Below, piece after piece: positions 37,861 through 52,190 of a stretch of 64,000 bases of DNA; the first letter of the stretch is position 1, and every line of letters begins with the position of its first letter. A program made the translations under genes and the position numbers. This DNA is from Octopus sinensis (lineage: Eukaryota): contig NC_043013.1 of the NCBI RefSeq assembly GCF_006345805.1, positions 21,576,001 to 21,640,000 on the forward strand. The letters are read 5' to 3'. Below the pieces are notes generated by a model. That model ran no database searches, was not told the origin of the DNA, and saw only the letters and a program-made list of their open reading frames with translations.

Positions 37861-38495
37861 TAAACTGTCAGACCACGGGCATTGCCAAGCCTTTCCGTTA
37901 CAAATTAGTAGGAGATGAGAAGTCGAAGAACATGGAAACCAGATTGTAAATTCAATCTTACAAGAGTCTATAGTGCTGTGTCAAAAGACACAGCCATCCA
38001 TTTGATAAAAAGAAATATCTATACGTTGGCATTTATTTCACTTTACGATTTCATAAGAAAGAAGCGCAACAACGCTTCTGTTATAACCTAACAAGAAAGT
38101 GAGAAGTCTACAAGAGTCTGCTGATCAGCAAATACGTGTTAGATATTGCTACATTTATTAGATATAAATCAGACGAAGAAAAGATGTGTATTTGAGAGAT
38201 TATAATATAACTACGTTATTATTATCATTATTGTTGCTGGTGTTGTGATGTTGGCGTTGTTGTTGTTGTTGTTGTGGTGGTGGTGTTGGTGGTGGTGTTG
38301 ATGGTGGTGGTGATGTTGATGATGACGATACCAAATATTGTTATGATTATTAAAATTCTCCTTCTCTCTCTCTATAATATTTTTTTCACCAAGGAAACAT
38401 GCAATTCCATATTTGTGTATATTTATTTCCATTTAACATGAACACACACACACACACACACGCACACACACGCAAACGCACACACAGGCACATGC

Positions 38496-38557
<62 letters not shown>

Positions 38558-38969
38558 ACGTATGGGTTGTTCCATTTCTGGATACAGATACTCACGCATC
38601 TGTGCATGAACACAGCAGTTGCTTCAGTTTTTCTCTTTTTCTCTTTTTGCTTTTTGTTCTAATTTTTGTCTCCCACTTCAGCAGATGAAAGGGACGTTTA
38701 TTCCCAGTCTGTCTAAAACAAGGAATATTCTCATGGAATTGTTTGTTTCTTCAAATTACTTGATTCTTAACTTGTTTGATGTTTTCTTTTAATAGGGGAA
38801 AGCAGTTGTTTGTGTGTTTTTGTGAGTGTGTGGTGAGTGTCTGTGTGTGTGTGAGTGTGTGTGTGTGTGCGTGCGTATGTGTGTGTACGTATATATATAT
38901 ATATATACATAGACATACAGACACACACACACCTTACATATATACAAACACACATTATATACTTATATA

Positions 38970-39002
<33 letters not shown>

Positions 39003-39168
39003 CGCATGTATGTGCATGTATATATGTGTGTGTGCACACATATGTATACATAAATATACACACATATATACATTTTCATATATACACACATGTATACATA
39101 TATAGACATTATACATATTTATACATACGCGCACACACACACGCGTATATATATGCATATATATATAT

Positions 39169-39199
<31 letters not shown>

Positions 39200-39249
39200 T
39201 AGATATATCATACAGTATATATTTACATATACATATACATATACATATA

Positions 39250-40880
39250 TTATATATATATATACACAAGAACATAATTCTCATGGAGAGGAAGTCCCTA
39301 TATGACGGCGTGCTGCAATGAAAAATCCTGTCTGAAAACAATACTGCCGAAGACTGAGAAAGATCTGAAATTCCCCATGAAAAAGAAAGAGTAGACAAAA
39401 AAGCCTAGGTTATAGAAAAATTAAATCAAGCCTTAAAGCCTTCTTTAAATATACCAAAGAAACTGCCTCTGTGCGTTGCAGAGTAGGGGCACTCCTCCAA
39501 AAAGATGATTCCCCCACGGGAAGCCCAATGAGGATAAGTAAGACACTGAATGAACAATTCAAAAGTGTCTTCACCCCCACCTTTACAGCGCATGCAAGTC
39601 AGTAAACCAGTAGAGTTCTTTACCACTTCATATGTAAAAAGAGAGGCAGTGACAATTGATTAAATCAGCAACAAAGATGTAATACTGACCATAAATGAGA
39701 TAGACGCAAACTTAGCTGCCTGGCTCTGATGGATTTCCAGCAAGCCTTCTCAAATCATGCAAACAAGCCCTTGCAAAACCACTGCCGCTTCTTTATCAGA
39801 GCTTCCTTGCAAATGGCAAGCTCCCAAGTAAATTGAAGGAGAGAATAATATCTCCTATCCAAAAAAGAGGAATCAGAGCAGATGCTAAAAATTATAGACC
39901 TATCTCTCTGGTCTCATGCATCAGCAAAGTCATGGAACGAATAGTCCACAGGAAATTAATTGCGTTCCTTGAAGAGACTGACTTACAGGTTAACACCCAG
40001 CATGTTATCGACTCGGTAGACGCTGCCTGACGCAGTTCTTACAACACTACGACTGGGTATTAAAGAACCTGCTCAACAACTTAAATGTTGATGAGATGTA
40101 TATCGACTTTGCAAAAGCCTTTGATAAATTCAGCCTTAGTATGCTATATTAGAAGCTGCGTGATCTTGACATAATCGGAAAACTTGGAGAGTGGCTACAC
40201 GACTTTCTAAAAGATAGATATCAGTTAGTAGTAGCTCCAAGGAGGCGCAAAATAATGAGTGGTGTCCCACGGGGCACGGTCTTGCGGTCACTGCTATTCA
40301 TAGTGGCCCTCTCAGACATGAACTCAACTGTTCAAATAGTCACCCTTGCCAGCTTTGCAAACGATACAACAATCTATCAGAGGGTACAGAACCCTGGATA
40401 TATTGCGCACTTGCAACAAGAGTTGAACGCAATATACAGGTGGGTTGAAGCAATAAAAGACACTTTAATCCTGGAAAATTCCGAGCCCTGCGCTTCCACC
40501 ATGCGAAGCTGAATGAAATTCAAACAAGATACACTGCAACCCCTGAATAAAAATCTGACATACGTAATGATGCATCTTTCCGGGTGCATATCACTGAGTT
40601 GGCAATAAAATGCAGATGGTTGGCCAGATTGATCCTTAGACCTTTCAGAACGTGAGAACATGGAATCATGATCTGGACGACATTTGTCTTCAGCCGGTTA
40701 GACTACTGCTCCCAACAATGGTCACCAAATAGTGTAAAATTAACGCTGGAACTCGAAGCAATCCAGCGAAGCTACACAAAGAAGATTGCCTCAATGCGAC
40801 ATGTGACCTGCCGGAAAAGGTTGGAAAAAGTTAAGACTCTAATCCGTAAAACGAAGGCGGAGGACATTTGTTGTGATATA
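39250..40880 (+). pseudogene. CR1-clade LINE remnant (RT region)
   Basis: KAFFKYTK; KNYRPISLVSCISKVMERIV; DFAKAFDK; SGVPRGTVL; SFANDT; SRLDYCSQQWSP; LEAIQRSYTKKI. Confidence 0.88.
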
Positions 40881-40903
40881 TATACTCTTTTTACTTGTTT
40901 CAT

Positions 40904-41336
<433 letters not shown>

Positions 41337-41836
41337 GGGTGGGGAGAGTGTGGGTGGGTGGGTGTGTATGTATAAGCTTCGATGTTTGTCGTAAAATAAT
41401 GTTACCATTTCAGAACAAATCTTTATGAAATTTCCTCAGAGAAATCCAAATCCAACCCAGAATACTTCACGAGGGAAAATATTTCAGGTTTGAGGTTCCT
41501 TGGAGGTAAAAACAGAGATGAGTCAAAACAGTTGTAGAGAGAGACAGAAAGTTTTAGTGGAGAGTTAGTTGAGTAGAAATGTTAGTGTGTAGTAGAGAGA
41601 CTTTGTCAGTTGGTTACAGCAAAATCTGTTTGATCAAGTTAAATGGTTTCACAAAATGAGCCCCTTTAAATCTGGTTCAGATTGCTTTCAATTTTGGTGT
41701 ATCGTATCGTTCCATCCCTGAATTTTGATTACGATCAACCAATTACTTTATCTCGTAAATTAAAGAATCTGATTTACGGAGATGTACTCGCATAGCAAGT
41801 AATTTGATCTGAGATCGTGCGCTGAAACGAAAACAA

Positions 41837-42179
41837 TTGCAGCGTGGAAGGTGTTTATAAGCCATTTAAGAAACACACAAAAGCCGTTCGATTCACTTCA
41901 ACATTTAAGTTTAATTTGTCAAAATATTTTCGTCGCTAAAATCCGCGACCTGTTCACTGACAAAAATCTGTGCTGCAGATTGATCCTTAGACCTTTCAGA
42001 ACGAGAGAAAATGGAATCATATCTGGATGACATTTGTCTTCAGCACAGATTTTTGTCAGTGAACAGGTCGCGGATTTTAGCGACGAAAATATTTTGACAA
42101 ATTAAACTTAAATGTTGAAGTGAATCGAACGGCTTTTGTGTGTTTCTTAAATGGCTTACAAACACCTTCCACGCTGCAA
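41837..42179. repeat. Foldback, 139-bp arms, 65-bp CR1-derived spacer
   Basis: 41837-41975 versus 42041-42179 with 1 mismatch; the spacer matches 40625-40690. Confidence 0.95.
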
Positions 42180-43129
42180 AGAATCTGATATTATTTGGAA
42201 TTAAAGTTGGGAAATTTAGGTAATTTTAGCCAATCAACAGACAGCGAGGCATTAACAGCTTGTTACCATGACAACCACACGTTGGGTTTCACTTCACCCG
42301 CGTCTGTGCCGCAGCGCACGTGTGTGCGCGTATATGTACGTGTGTGTACGTATGTATGTGTGTGTGTGTTGTGTGTGAGGAGTTATATGTGCCTTCGTGT
42401 GTGCGTGTGCGTGCGTGTGTGCGTGCGTGTGTGCGTACGTGTGTGTGTGTGTGCATGTGTGTATGTGTGTATATGTATGTGCATGTATGTATGCTGCGTG
42501 TGTGTTGTGTGTATGTGTGTGGGTATATATGTGCTTTCATGTGTGTGGGTATATATGTGCTTTCATGTGTGTGTATGTGTGCATGTGTGTTTGTGTGTGT
42601 ATATGTGTGTGCATGTATGTCTGTTGTTTGTATGTAAGGGATCTAGTTAAATCGATTCACATATACATACAAACTTATATATGAATACATACATCTACAT
42701 GCACTTATATATTAATGATGTACATGACAAGTATACATAATACTGAAATACGTATAAAGTAAACACGGGTAACTAGTCATTTCACAGACGCTAAACTATA
42801 AATTTTACAGGGTACAACCTTAAAGTTGACACTGCTGGCTGACTCTTGGCTAAAAACACACAGTTTTTTTCAATTTTTAAACCTCTGTAACTTTTTCCTC
42901 AAATTTTTTCCCCTGAAGATCATAGATTCACAGCAATAAGAGTGGAAAACTACACCACTATAACGATTTTCAGATTTTTAAAACTTCCTTTTAAAAAAAT
43001 GCAGATTCTGTGAATCAATTTAACTAGATCCAATCTTATTTTCCATTTAGCCTTTTTCTAATCTCCTCTCCCTCTCTCTCCCTCTTTCTCTCTCTCTCTC
43101 TTTCTCTCTTTCTTTCTCTGTCTCTCTTT

Positions 43130-43168
<39 letters not shown>

Positions 43169-43799
43169 TCATCTCTGTTTCTCCCCCACACACAAACACT
43201 TTCTCATTTATCTTTTAACGTGTGTTGTGTGTGTGTTGGGGGGTGTGCATGTGTGTGTGTGTGAGAGAGAGAGAGAGTGAGAAAGAGCGAGCGTATGTAT
43301 ATTAATATTGGTAGGAAAATATGTCAAATAGTAGAGATATCTTTTCTTTTTTATTTATGTATTACAGATATATATAAAAAAAAGATCTAAGATTTCCTAA
43401 GGAAACAGAAAACTGCTGATCTTGTAATCTAACTAATTGTCTAGACTACACAAAAAACAACATAAGCTGTATTGTATCGTTTTCTGTGGAAAATCCATTT
43501 TTTTAATATTTGAACATGAACGAATGAATAAATGTAAAAATAAATATATAAATAAATGTACAAATGATGTTGCCGTCTTCCGACTGTTTTTTTTTTTTGT
43601 ATGATTAATTAATATATTTTTGTTATACACGTCCAAGAACTTTTAGCTGTCGCGTTTTTGACATGATCACTCTAAGAGTACGTTTTTAATACTTACGGTG
43701 AAATAAACATTAACTTTTACTGTCTAATGCGATATTATCTTTCTTTGTGGATTACTTTATACTGTAAGGATTAAATTTATATCGATTTTACCCCTTTAA

Positions 43800-45290
43800 A
43801 AAGAATTTAGACCAGAACCATATCAGACATTGCATGCTGTATGAATTCAAAATTGGCCCTTCAGCAATACAAGTGGCATGAAAAATTCGTTTTATCTATG
43901 GAAAGAGCTATAAGTGTCTGGACATGTCAACGATGGTTTAACCATTTTGGGAATTTTTTCTCTTTTGCAGATTCACCTCGATCTAAATGACCAAGTCCTG
44001 TCAATATTGAGCTTCTCTGAAGACTGCAGTTAAAGAAAATCTGAGCCAAACTGCACGAGGATTAGCAAAACAGTTCAAGTTACACTTCAATCATTTTTAC
44101 CTTCACGAAGATGGAAAAGTGTCTAAACTTCGTCAGTGGCTTCCTCATCATATAATCATTTCTCAAAGAGTTGCACTCTGCTTGTCGTTGAAAATTGTTT
44201 TGCTACCGAACCTTTCATGGGTGGAATTATTACAAGTAATGAAAAGTGGATTCACTATAATCATATCCAACGAAAATGGCATTGGTTAGCACTAAATAAA
44301 ACAGCAAAACCAGGACTACACTCGGAAAAGATATACTTTGTGTCTAGTGAAATATGAAGGCTGTTGTTTATCAAGAAGTTAAAACAGTTGACACGAAGAA
44401 GTATTGTCAATAGAAAGCATTACACTAACATTTGCAGAAAAGTGTCCAGTGGCTGTGTGGTAAGTAGCTTGCTAACCAACCACATGGTTCCGGGTTCAGT
44501 CCACTGCGTGGCATCTTGGGCAAGTGTCTTCTGCTATAGCCCCGGGCCGACCAATGCCTTGTGAGTGGATTTGGTAGACGGAAACTGAAAGAAGCCTGTC
44601 GTATATATGTTATATTATAGCTATGTATGCGTGTGTGTTTGTGCGTGTGTCTGTGTTTGTTCCCCTAGCATTGCTTGACAACCGATGCTGGTGTGTTTAC
44701 GTCCCCGTCACTTAGCGGTTCGGCAAAAAGAGACCGATAGAATAAGTACTGGGCTTACAAAAGAATAAGTCCCGGGGTCGAGTTGCTCGACTAAAGGCGG
44801 TGCTCCAGCATGGCCGCAGTCAAATGACTGAAACAAGTAAAAGAGTAAAGAGTAAAGAGAATATCATTGGTCAACCGTAAAGGAGTGTTGCTTTTACACA
44901 ATGATGCAAAGCTATGTATTGATTTCAAATTTTGGCTCAAGGTTAGCAAATCTAGGATAGAAGATAGGTCGATTACATCGATTCCAGTGCTCAGCTGGTA
45001 CTTATTTTATCGACCCCGAAAGGATGAAAAGCAGTGGGCTTCGGCGGAATTTGAACTCAGAGCATACATGCCGTTGGCCATTTTGCCCGACGACGGATAG
45101 ATTCTGCCAGCTCGCCGCCTAAACGTAAATCTATATATTGCTCAGGAAAAGATTATAGTACTAAATGTGGAGGTTTTATTTCATCTTCCTTACAATCTTG
45201 ACCTTGCTCCATTTGAATGTCATCTTTTCAGGTCATCGTAAAATTATTTAGAGAGAGAACAGTTTGTTAATATTGAAGAGGTGGGGGAAA
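43800..45290 (+). pseudogene. Mariner (Mos1-like) transposase remnant split by two SINEs
   Basis: HIRHCMLYEF; WTCQRWF; IITSNEKWIHY; LVNRKGVLLLHNDAK; HLPYNLDLAP. Interrupted by SINE B (44448-44860, +) and SINE A (44922-45130, -). Confidence 0.85.
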
Positions 45291-45484
45291 TTTGGGTAAT
45301 TTTAGCCAATCAACACACACACACACACACACACACACAAGGCTGAATGCTTTTTATGGATTAATGACTACACGAGAGTGTTATTGCGAGGTGTAGGAAT
45401 ACTGTCAGTGTCACATCAAACTTCATCTGTCATAATACTCATACATACACGTGTGTATGCGTGTGTGAGTATATATAAATTGAT

Positions 45485-45862
<378 letters not shown>

Positions 45863-45919
45863 ACGTCTTGGTGTGTGTATGTGTGTAATATGTCTGTAAA
45901 CGATGTATATTTAGAACCT

Positions 45920-46460
45920 AAGGCGGTGAGATGGCAGAAACGTTAGCACGCCGGGTGAAATGCGTAGCCGTATTTCGTCTGCCGTTACGCTCTGAGTTCA
46001 AATTCCGCCGATGTCGACTTTGCCTTTCATCCTTTCGTGGTCGATAAATTAAGTACCAATTACGCATTGGGGTCGATGTAATCGACTTAATCCGTTTGAT
46101 TGTCCTTGTTTGTCCCCTCTATGTTTAGCCCCTTGTTGGTAGTAAAGAAATGATATATAGATATCAAATACTTGGTTCCAGGTTCAGTCCCACTGCGTGG
46201 CACCTTGGGCAAGTGTCTTCTACTATAGCCTCAGGCCGACCAAAGCCTTGTGAGTGGATTTGGTAGACGGAAACTGAAAGAAGCCTGTCGCATACTTATA
46301 TATATGTGTGTGTGTGTGTGTGTGTTTGAGTGTCTGTGTTTGTACCCCCCTACATCGCTTGACAACGGATGTTGGTGTGTTTACGGCAAAAGAATAATTA
46401 CTAGGCTTTCAAAGAATAAGTCCTGGGGCGGCAGTTAAATGACTGAAACAAATAACAGAA
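45920..46460 (+). mobile_element. SINE A (45920-46150) followed by an incomplete SINE B (46165-46460)
   Basis: Family consensus matches. Confidence 0.85.
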
Positions 46461-46467
46461 TACACGA

Positions 46468-46500
<33 letters not shown>

Positions 46501-46550
46501 AGTGTGTGTGTGTGTGTGTGTGTGAGTGTGTGTGTGTGTGTGTGTGTATA

Positions 46551-46872
46551 GGAGCACTCCGACGGTTACGACGATGAGGGTCCCAGTTGATACGATCAGC
46601 GGAACAGCTTGCTCGTGAAATTAACGTGCAAGTGGCTGAGCATTCCACAGACACGTGTATTCTTAAAGTAGTTCTCAGGGAGATTTGGCGTGACACAGGA
46701 TGTGACAAGGCTGCCCTTTTGAGATACAGGTACTACTCCTTTTTGCCAGCTGAGTGGATTGGGGCAATCTGAAATAAAGTGTCTTGCTCAAGGACACAAC
46801 GTTTCACCGAGAATTGAACTCACAACCTTATGATTATGAGCCGAATGCCCTACACACTAAGCCACGCACCTT

Positions 46873-46874
<2 letters not shown>
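46551..46874 (-). mobile_element. SINE with head E and the family C tail
   Basis: 46551-46730 is the reverse complement of the family C 3' half; 46730-46874 matches the head at 6760-6880. Confidence 0.8.
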
Positions 46875-46904
<30 letters not shown>

Positions 46905-47200
46905 ATCAAGGTGTAGATAAGGCGTACCCCGATGGTAAAAAGAATCCCCGCAAATTAGTTACTCCAAGGATCGTCATTCCAAAATGTAACTACGTGTGGA
47001 TTGTCGGCGAGTTTTTCCTCCAGTTTCCTTTTCTCTTGGACTTTCCTCTGTCTCCTGTTTATATAAAAGAGCATTGCTCGAAACGTAAACCAAACTTTTT
47101 TCCTTACCTGAGCGTCTTATTAATACTTTGCATGTACCACGTGCTCACGCTGTATTTTTCTTGTGTATTTTTCTCCGTTTTTTTTTCACTTATTGTTAAT
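46905..47200 (+). mobile_element. Diverged family H-related repeat
   Basis: GAGC-ATT-GCTC-GAAACGTA, then CCTGAGCG...TAATAC as in family H; ends in (TA)n. Confidence 0.5.
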
Positions 47201-47220
47201 TATATATATATATATATATA

Positions 47221-48536
47221 TAATGTTAGAAATATAATTGTCTACCGGTATTGTAACAGATATTTGTAGAACGCTTCAACTTTAGCGCATAATTTGATAT
47301 CAATATCGACTTACCCTGCTTCCCGGAACTTGCGTGCCAGGTGTCAAAATGTGAAACTAGTATATACGAATTTAAAGGTGCGGAGCTGGCATGCTCGTTA
47401 AAACACTAGGCAAAGTGCTTAACGACATTTCGTCCGTTTTTACCTTGTGAGTTCAAATTCCTCCAGGGTCGATTTTTCTTTTTATCCTTTCGGGGTCGAT
47501 GAAATAAGTACAAGCTGAACATTGGGATCGATGTAATCTATTAGCCACCTCACCAAATTTCAGTTCTTGTACTTATTGTAAAAAGAATATCCATAAATTT
47601 AAATGCACATCAATGATTGAATAAATAATTTTCTATTTTCCTTTCGGAAGATATGTTCTTTTAATGAGGATTTGAATAACTATTTAAATCTGAAGCAACA
47701 TGGCGCAGGAGTGGCTGTGTGGTAAGTAGCTTGTTTACCAACCACATGGTTCCGGGTTCAGTCCCACTGCGTGGCACCTTGGCCAAGTGTCTTCTGCTAT
47801 AGCCCCGGGCCGACCAAAGCCTTGTGAGTGGATTTGGTAGACGGAAACTGAAAGAAGCCTGTCGCATATATGTATATATATATATATATATATAATGTTA
47901 GAAATATAATTGTCTACCGGTATTGTAACAGATATTTGTAGAACGCTTCAACTTTAGCGCATAATTTGATATCAATATCGACTTACCCTGCTTCCCGGAA
48001 CTGCGTGCCAGGTGTCAAAATGTGAAACTAGTATATACGAATTTAAAGGTGCGGAGCTGGCATGCTCGTTAAAACACTAGGCAAAGTGCTTAACGACATT
48101 TCGTCCGTTTTTACCTTGTGAGTTCAAATTCCTCCAGGGTCGATTTTTCTTTTTATCCTTTCGGGGTCGATGAAATAAGTACAAGCTGAACATTGGGATC
48201 GATGTAATCTATTAGCCACCTCACCAAATTTCAGTTCTTGTACTTATTGTAAAAAGAATATCCATAAATTTAAATGCACATCAATGATTGAATAAATAAT
48301 TTTCTATTTTCCTTTCGGAAGATATGTTCTTTTAATGAGGATTTGAATAACTATTTAAATCGGAAGCAATATGGCGCAGGAGTGGCTGTGTGGTAAGTAG
48401 CTTGTTTACCAACCACATGGTTCCGGGTTCAGTCCCACTGCGTGGCACCTTGGCCAGTGTCTTCTGCTATAGCCCCGGGCCGACCAAAGCCTTGTGAGTG
48501 GATTTGGTAGACGGAAACTGAAAGAAGCCTGTCGCA

Positions 48537-48560
<24 letters not shown>
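47221..48560 (+). repeat. Tandem duplication, about 672-bp period
   Basis: 47221-47892 is repeated from 47893 with only a few differences; both ends lie in (TA)n tracts. Confidence 0.93.
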
Positions 48561-48602
<42 letters not shown>

Positions 48603-49011
48603 TGTGTGTCTGTGTTTGTCCCCCTAGCATTGCGTGACAAACCGATGCTGGTGTGTTTATGTCCCCGTTACTTAGCGGTTCGGCAAAAGAGACCGATAGA
48701 ATAAGTACTGGGCTTACAGAAGAATAAGTCCCGGGGTCGAGTTGCTCGACTAAAGGCGGTGCTCCAGCATGGCCGCAGTCATATGACTGAAACAAGTAAA
48801 AGAGTAAAAGAGTAAAGAGTAAGAGTATGGCCGAGCCCAGCCCAGCCTCATTCTCAGACCTCAAACAGATGCTGGGTGTGTCTGTATAACATATCGCGAA
48901 GGTTTCTGGAGGGGAAGTTAAACAGATTATATAAACTGGAACTGAGTTGTTGCAACTTTGCACAAGTATTGCTGGAGTGCTCGTCCTGCTTTCAAGCTGC
49001 CAATCAAACTT

Positions 49012-50346
49012 ATACTGAACCGTAACTCTGTGTTAGTGAGTTCCGGCAAACATAAAATCTTCAAAAGTCTAAGACATTTCAAATCTATAAATTTCTCCAA
49101 CGGCTAAATAGGAAAATCTCTCTCCTCTTCTACGCAATGACAGTTTTGTAAAAAAAATTGGGAGACAGAAGTTCTGATACAGGCCAAGCTGAAGTAATCT
49201 ATGAGTGCACAGTATCTAATAAACAAGCATTTGAGGTGGCCCGATCGTACCCAACAAATCTCAGAGGTAACACAAAATAGGTGGAGTCTTGTTCTCTGCT
49301 AGTTTCAGGCAAATTATGTCTATCAATCTAAAAGTGTACAGCTACTGATGAGTTGAGAGTACACGTCAAAAGAATTCTAAGTTTGGAGGACAAAGAATTT
49401 CATCTTCTACAAGAGAGTTTCTCTTGGTCGTGAAACACCAGCAGTTTACAAAAATAGCCTTGCTTCAAATGGGCAATGGTCATCCACTTGTTGAAACACA
49501 GAGAGGTGATGCTGGAATGTACGTGCGTATAAAAATCCTTATCTGCATCCAAGTCTATATACCCAGATGCACCCATATGTATGAATAAAGCTAATTATAC
49601 ATACTCGCATGTATACAACCATATATATAATTGTAGAATATTTAAATAATTTTAGTAGAGATTGTTGAGTAGACAGCAACATGTATGTACAGTAATCCCT
49701 CGGCTATCGCGGGTATTACGTTCCAAAAAACCCCGCGATAGGTAAAAATCTGAAAAGTAGAAACAGTATTGTACTATATTTTTTTATTATTATTTTTGTA
49801 ATTTGTGTTTATTTCTATTATAAATGCAAAACAACAGCACACACTCGCCTCCCGAGTTTCGTTTTCCATACAGTATGTGCGATTCTTCGTTTACTTATCT
49901 GCGGTGCATTACGTATATTCTTTTAATATATTTTAATTAATGTATTATACAGTGCAGTACTATACTGTATGTTAATTATTGATTTATTGGTTTTTAGTCG
50001 TGAAAATGCTTATTTTACCACAGAAATAATTAAAATCTAAAAAAATATAAATATCTATCGGCCGCAGAAACCCGCGATATACTGAGGAGTGCACGATATA
50101 AACTTACATATATTACCCCCCAAAATCCGCGATATACTGAGGGTGTGATTGGCGAACCGCGATATGTCTAGTGATTACTGTAGTTAGTAAAAGGTCTCTT
50201 TTTTCCTGACTAGGAATTTTTATGGTAGAAGAGGAGAGAGATTTTCCTATTTAGCCGTTGGAGAAATTTATAGATTTGAAATGTCTTAGACTTTTGAAGA
50301 TTTTATGTTTGCCGGAACACACTAACACAGAGTTACGGTTCAGTAT
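49012..50346. repeat. Inverted duplication of 122 bp (49012-49133 and 50225-50346)
   Basis: Reverse-complement match with 1 mismatch; 1.09-kb spacer. Confidence 0.93.
49690..50180. mobile_element. pogo/Tigger-like MITE
   Basis: TIRs CAGTAATCCCTCGGCTATCGCGG / CAGTAATCACTAGACATATCGCGG; TA TSD on both sides; internal CCGCGATA repeats. Confidence 0.82.
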
Positions 50347-50399
50347 TTTGTAACCGACGGAGTGCTTCCACCAGTGTTCGTGGTTACTGATGCGCTACA

Positions 50400-50965
50400 G
50401 ATAATCTTGTTAGGCAATTTCTATTTAGAGAATATAATGAAGGGGTGCTGCAGTTGGTGGGGTTAGATGTGGTTTTCGTTTAAATTTTGAAAGATTTTCT
50501 GGTTGTAATTGGTTACAGATTTTTTCCAATGTCTCAGTTGTGGACTATGATATTTTTATGTTGTGTTCATTTATTAGTTTATTGTATTTATAGTCGGCTC
50601 GGAAGTATTTCTTGAAGTATTTCTGAAGAACATACTGGGTTTGGGTGTGGAACCCTGTTTGTTAAAGAAATTATTTTTCTTTTTCCTATTATCCTGCTGT
50701 TTTGTTTATTGTGGGATTTGATTCCTGTAGTCACTGTAGTGAGAAGCTTTGTTATACGTTGTTATTTCAGTGAATACTGATACATTAGAGGATAAACAAG
50801 AAAGTTTTAGTGAGATTTTCTGAATTAGGTTTTAATTATACGTTTTCGTATGGTTAGGGTGTTTATATATAGGGTAATTTTTTGTCATTTTCAATTTCTT
50901 TTCATAGGGTTTATCAAGTTTATTAAGTCTAGGATCACGTCTAGAAAGTTAACTGATCCAAATTG
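50400..50965 (-). pseudogene. Penelope-like element RT/thumb remnant
   Basis: Decayed FLDV.LDL, YIN and YNKA(L) motifs, plus KYFKKYF...YNKLINEHNIKIS. Confidence 0.55.
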
Positions 50966-51786
50966 CGTGGCTGCTATAATGTAGTGAAAAACCCGTGGTA
51001 ATGATATGTCTGTGTGTGTGTGTGTGTTTGCGCGTGTGTGTGTGTGTGTGCGTGTGTGTATGTGTGTGTGTGTACAAAGATATAATAACCATTCATTTAC
51101 CTTTAATTATAGAAGGAAAAATGTATGATGTTTTTTTATCCACTTTAATGTGGGAACTGAAAGGTAATACGTATCTTTAATATATACATATCTGTGTGTG
51201 TGTGTGTGTGCGTGTGTGCGTGTGCGTGTGTGTGTGTGTCTGTCTGTCTATGTATGTATGTATGAATGCGTGCGTGTATACGTATCAACATTTATTTATA
51301 CGTACTTATATGCAAATATACTCTTGTATTAATAAAAACATTGTATTTTAGTGTCTGTACTTATGTTGATATAAAATGATTTATATGTTGGGGGTGGGGT
51401 GGGGGGAGAGAGTTGGTTCTGCGAAGATTTTTCGGAAAAGATTAGTTTGGTATTGGCAGAATACATCGATACGATAGTTGTTCTTTTAAAGATTAATTAG
51501 TAAACGGTGCTATCCTTCCGATAGACCAGATGTTCTCAAGAGGCGACTGGCAAGCCATTTTTCAAAGCTGTATGATTCTACTGCCTCAGTCCACAGATGA
51601 TTAATAGATGTAATAACCCTCCCAAGAGCTTCCTAGAAATACCACAGTGGGGGGCGGGGTGGTGGTGGATGGAAGAGTGGGGCTAAAGGGAAATAACAAC
51701 ACATAAAAACTGATAATGAAGTCGACAGAGGTCAGTAAATACAACTGGTAAATAGTGAAAACAATGAGGAAGATGATGATATTGGC

Positions 51787-51851
<65 letters not shown>

Positions 51852-51879
51852 CAATAATAATAACAATAATTATAATAAT

Positions 51880-52100
51880 AATCCTTCCTACTAAAGGCAC
51901 AGGATCTGAGATTTTTTTTATGGGGGGGACTAGTCGATTGCATCGACCCCAGTACTTCACTGGTACTTAATTCATCGACCCCGAAGGATTGAAAGGCAAA
52001 GTCGACCTCGGCGGAATTTGAACTTAGAACTAGCGACAGGCGAAATACCGCTAAGCATTTTTACCCGATGTGCTTACGATCCTGCCAGCTCGCCGCCTTA

Positions 52101-52190
<90 letters not shown>

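Noticed and set aside
48840-49530. Possible Tx1/L1 RT remnant
   Set aside because: Only faint motif resemblance; too decayed to call by eye.
51830-52190. SINE A mobilised by Dong-type machinery because it sits in TAA repeats
   Set aside because: Orientation relative to the repeat is opposite to the Dong copies, and SINE A has 12-19 bp TSDs and an (ATT)n tail, more like RTE-type mobilisation.
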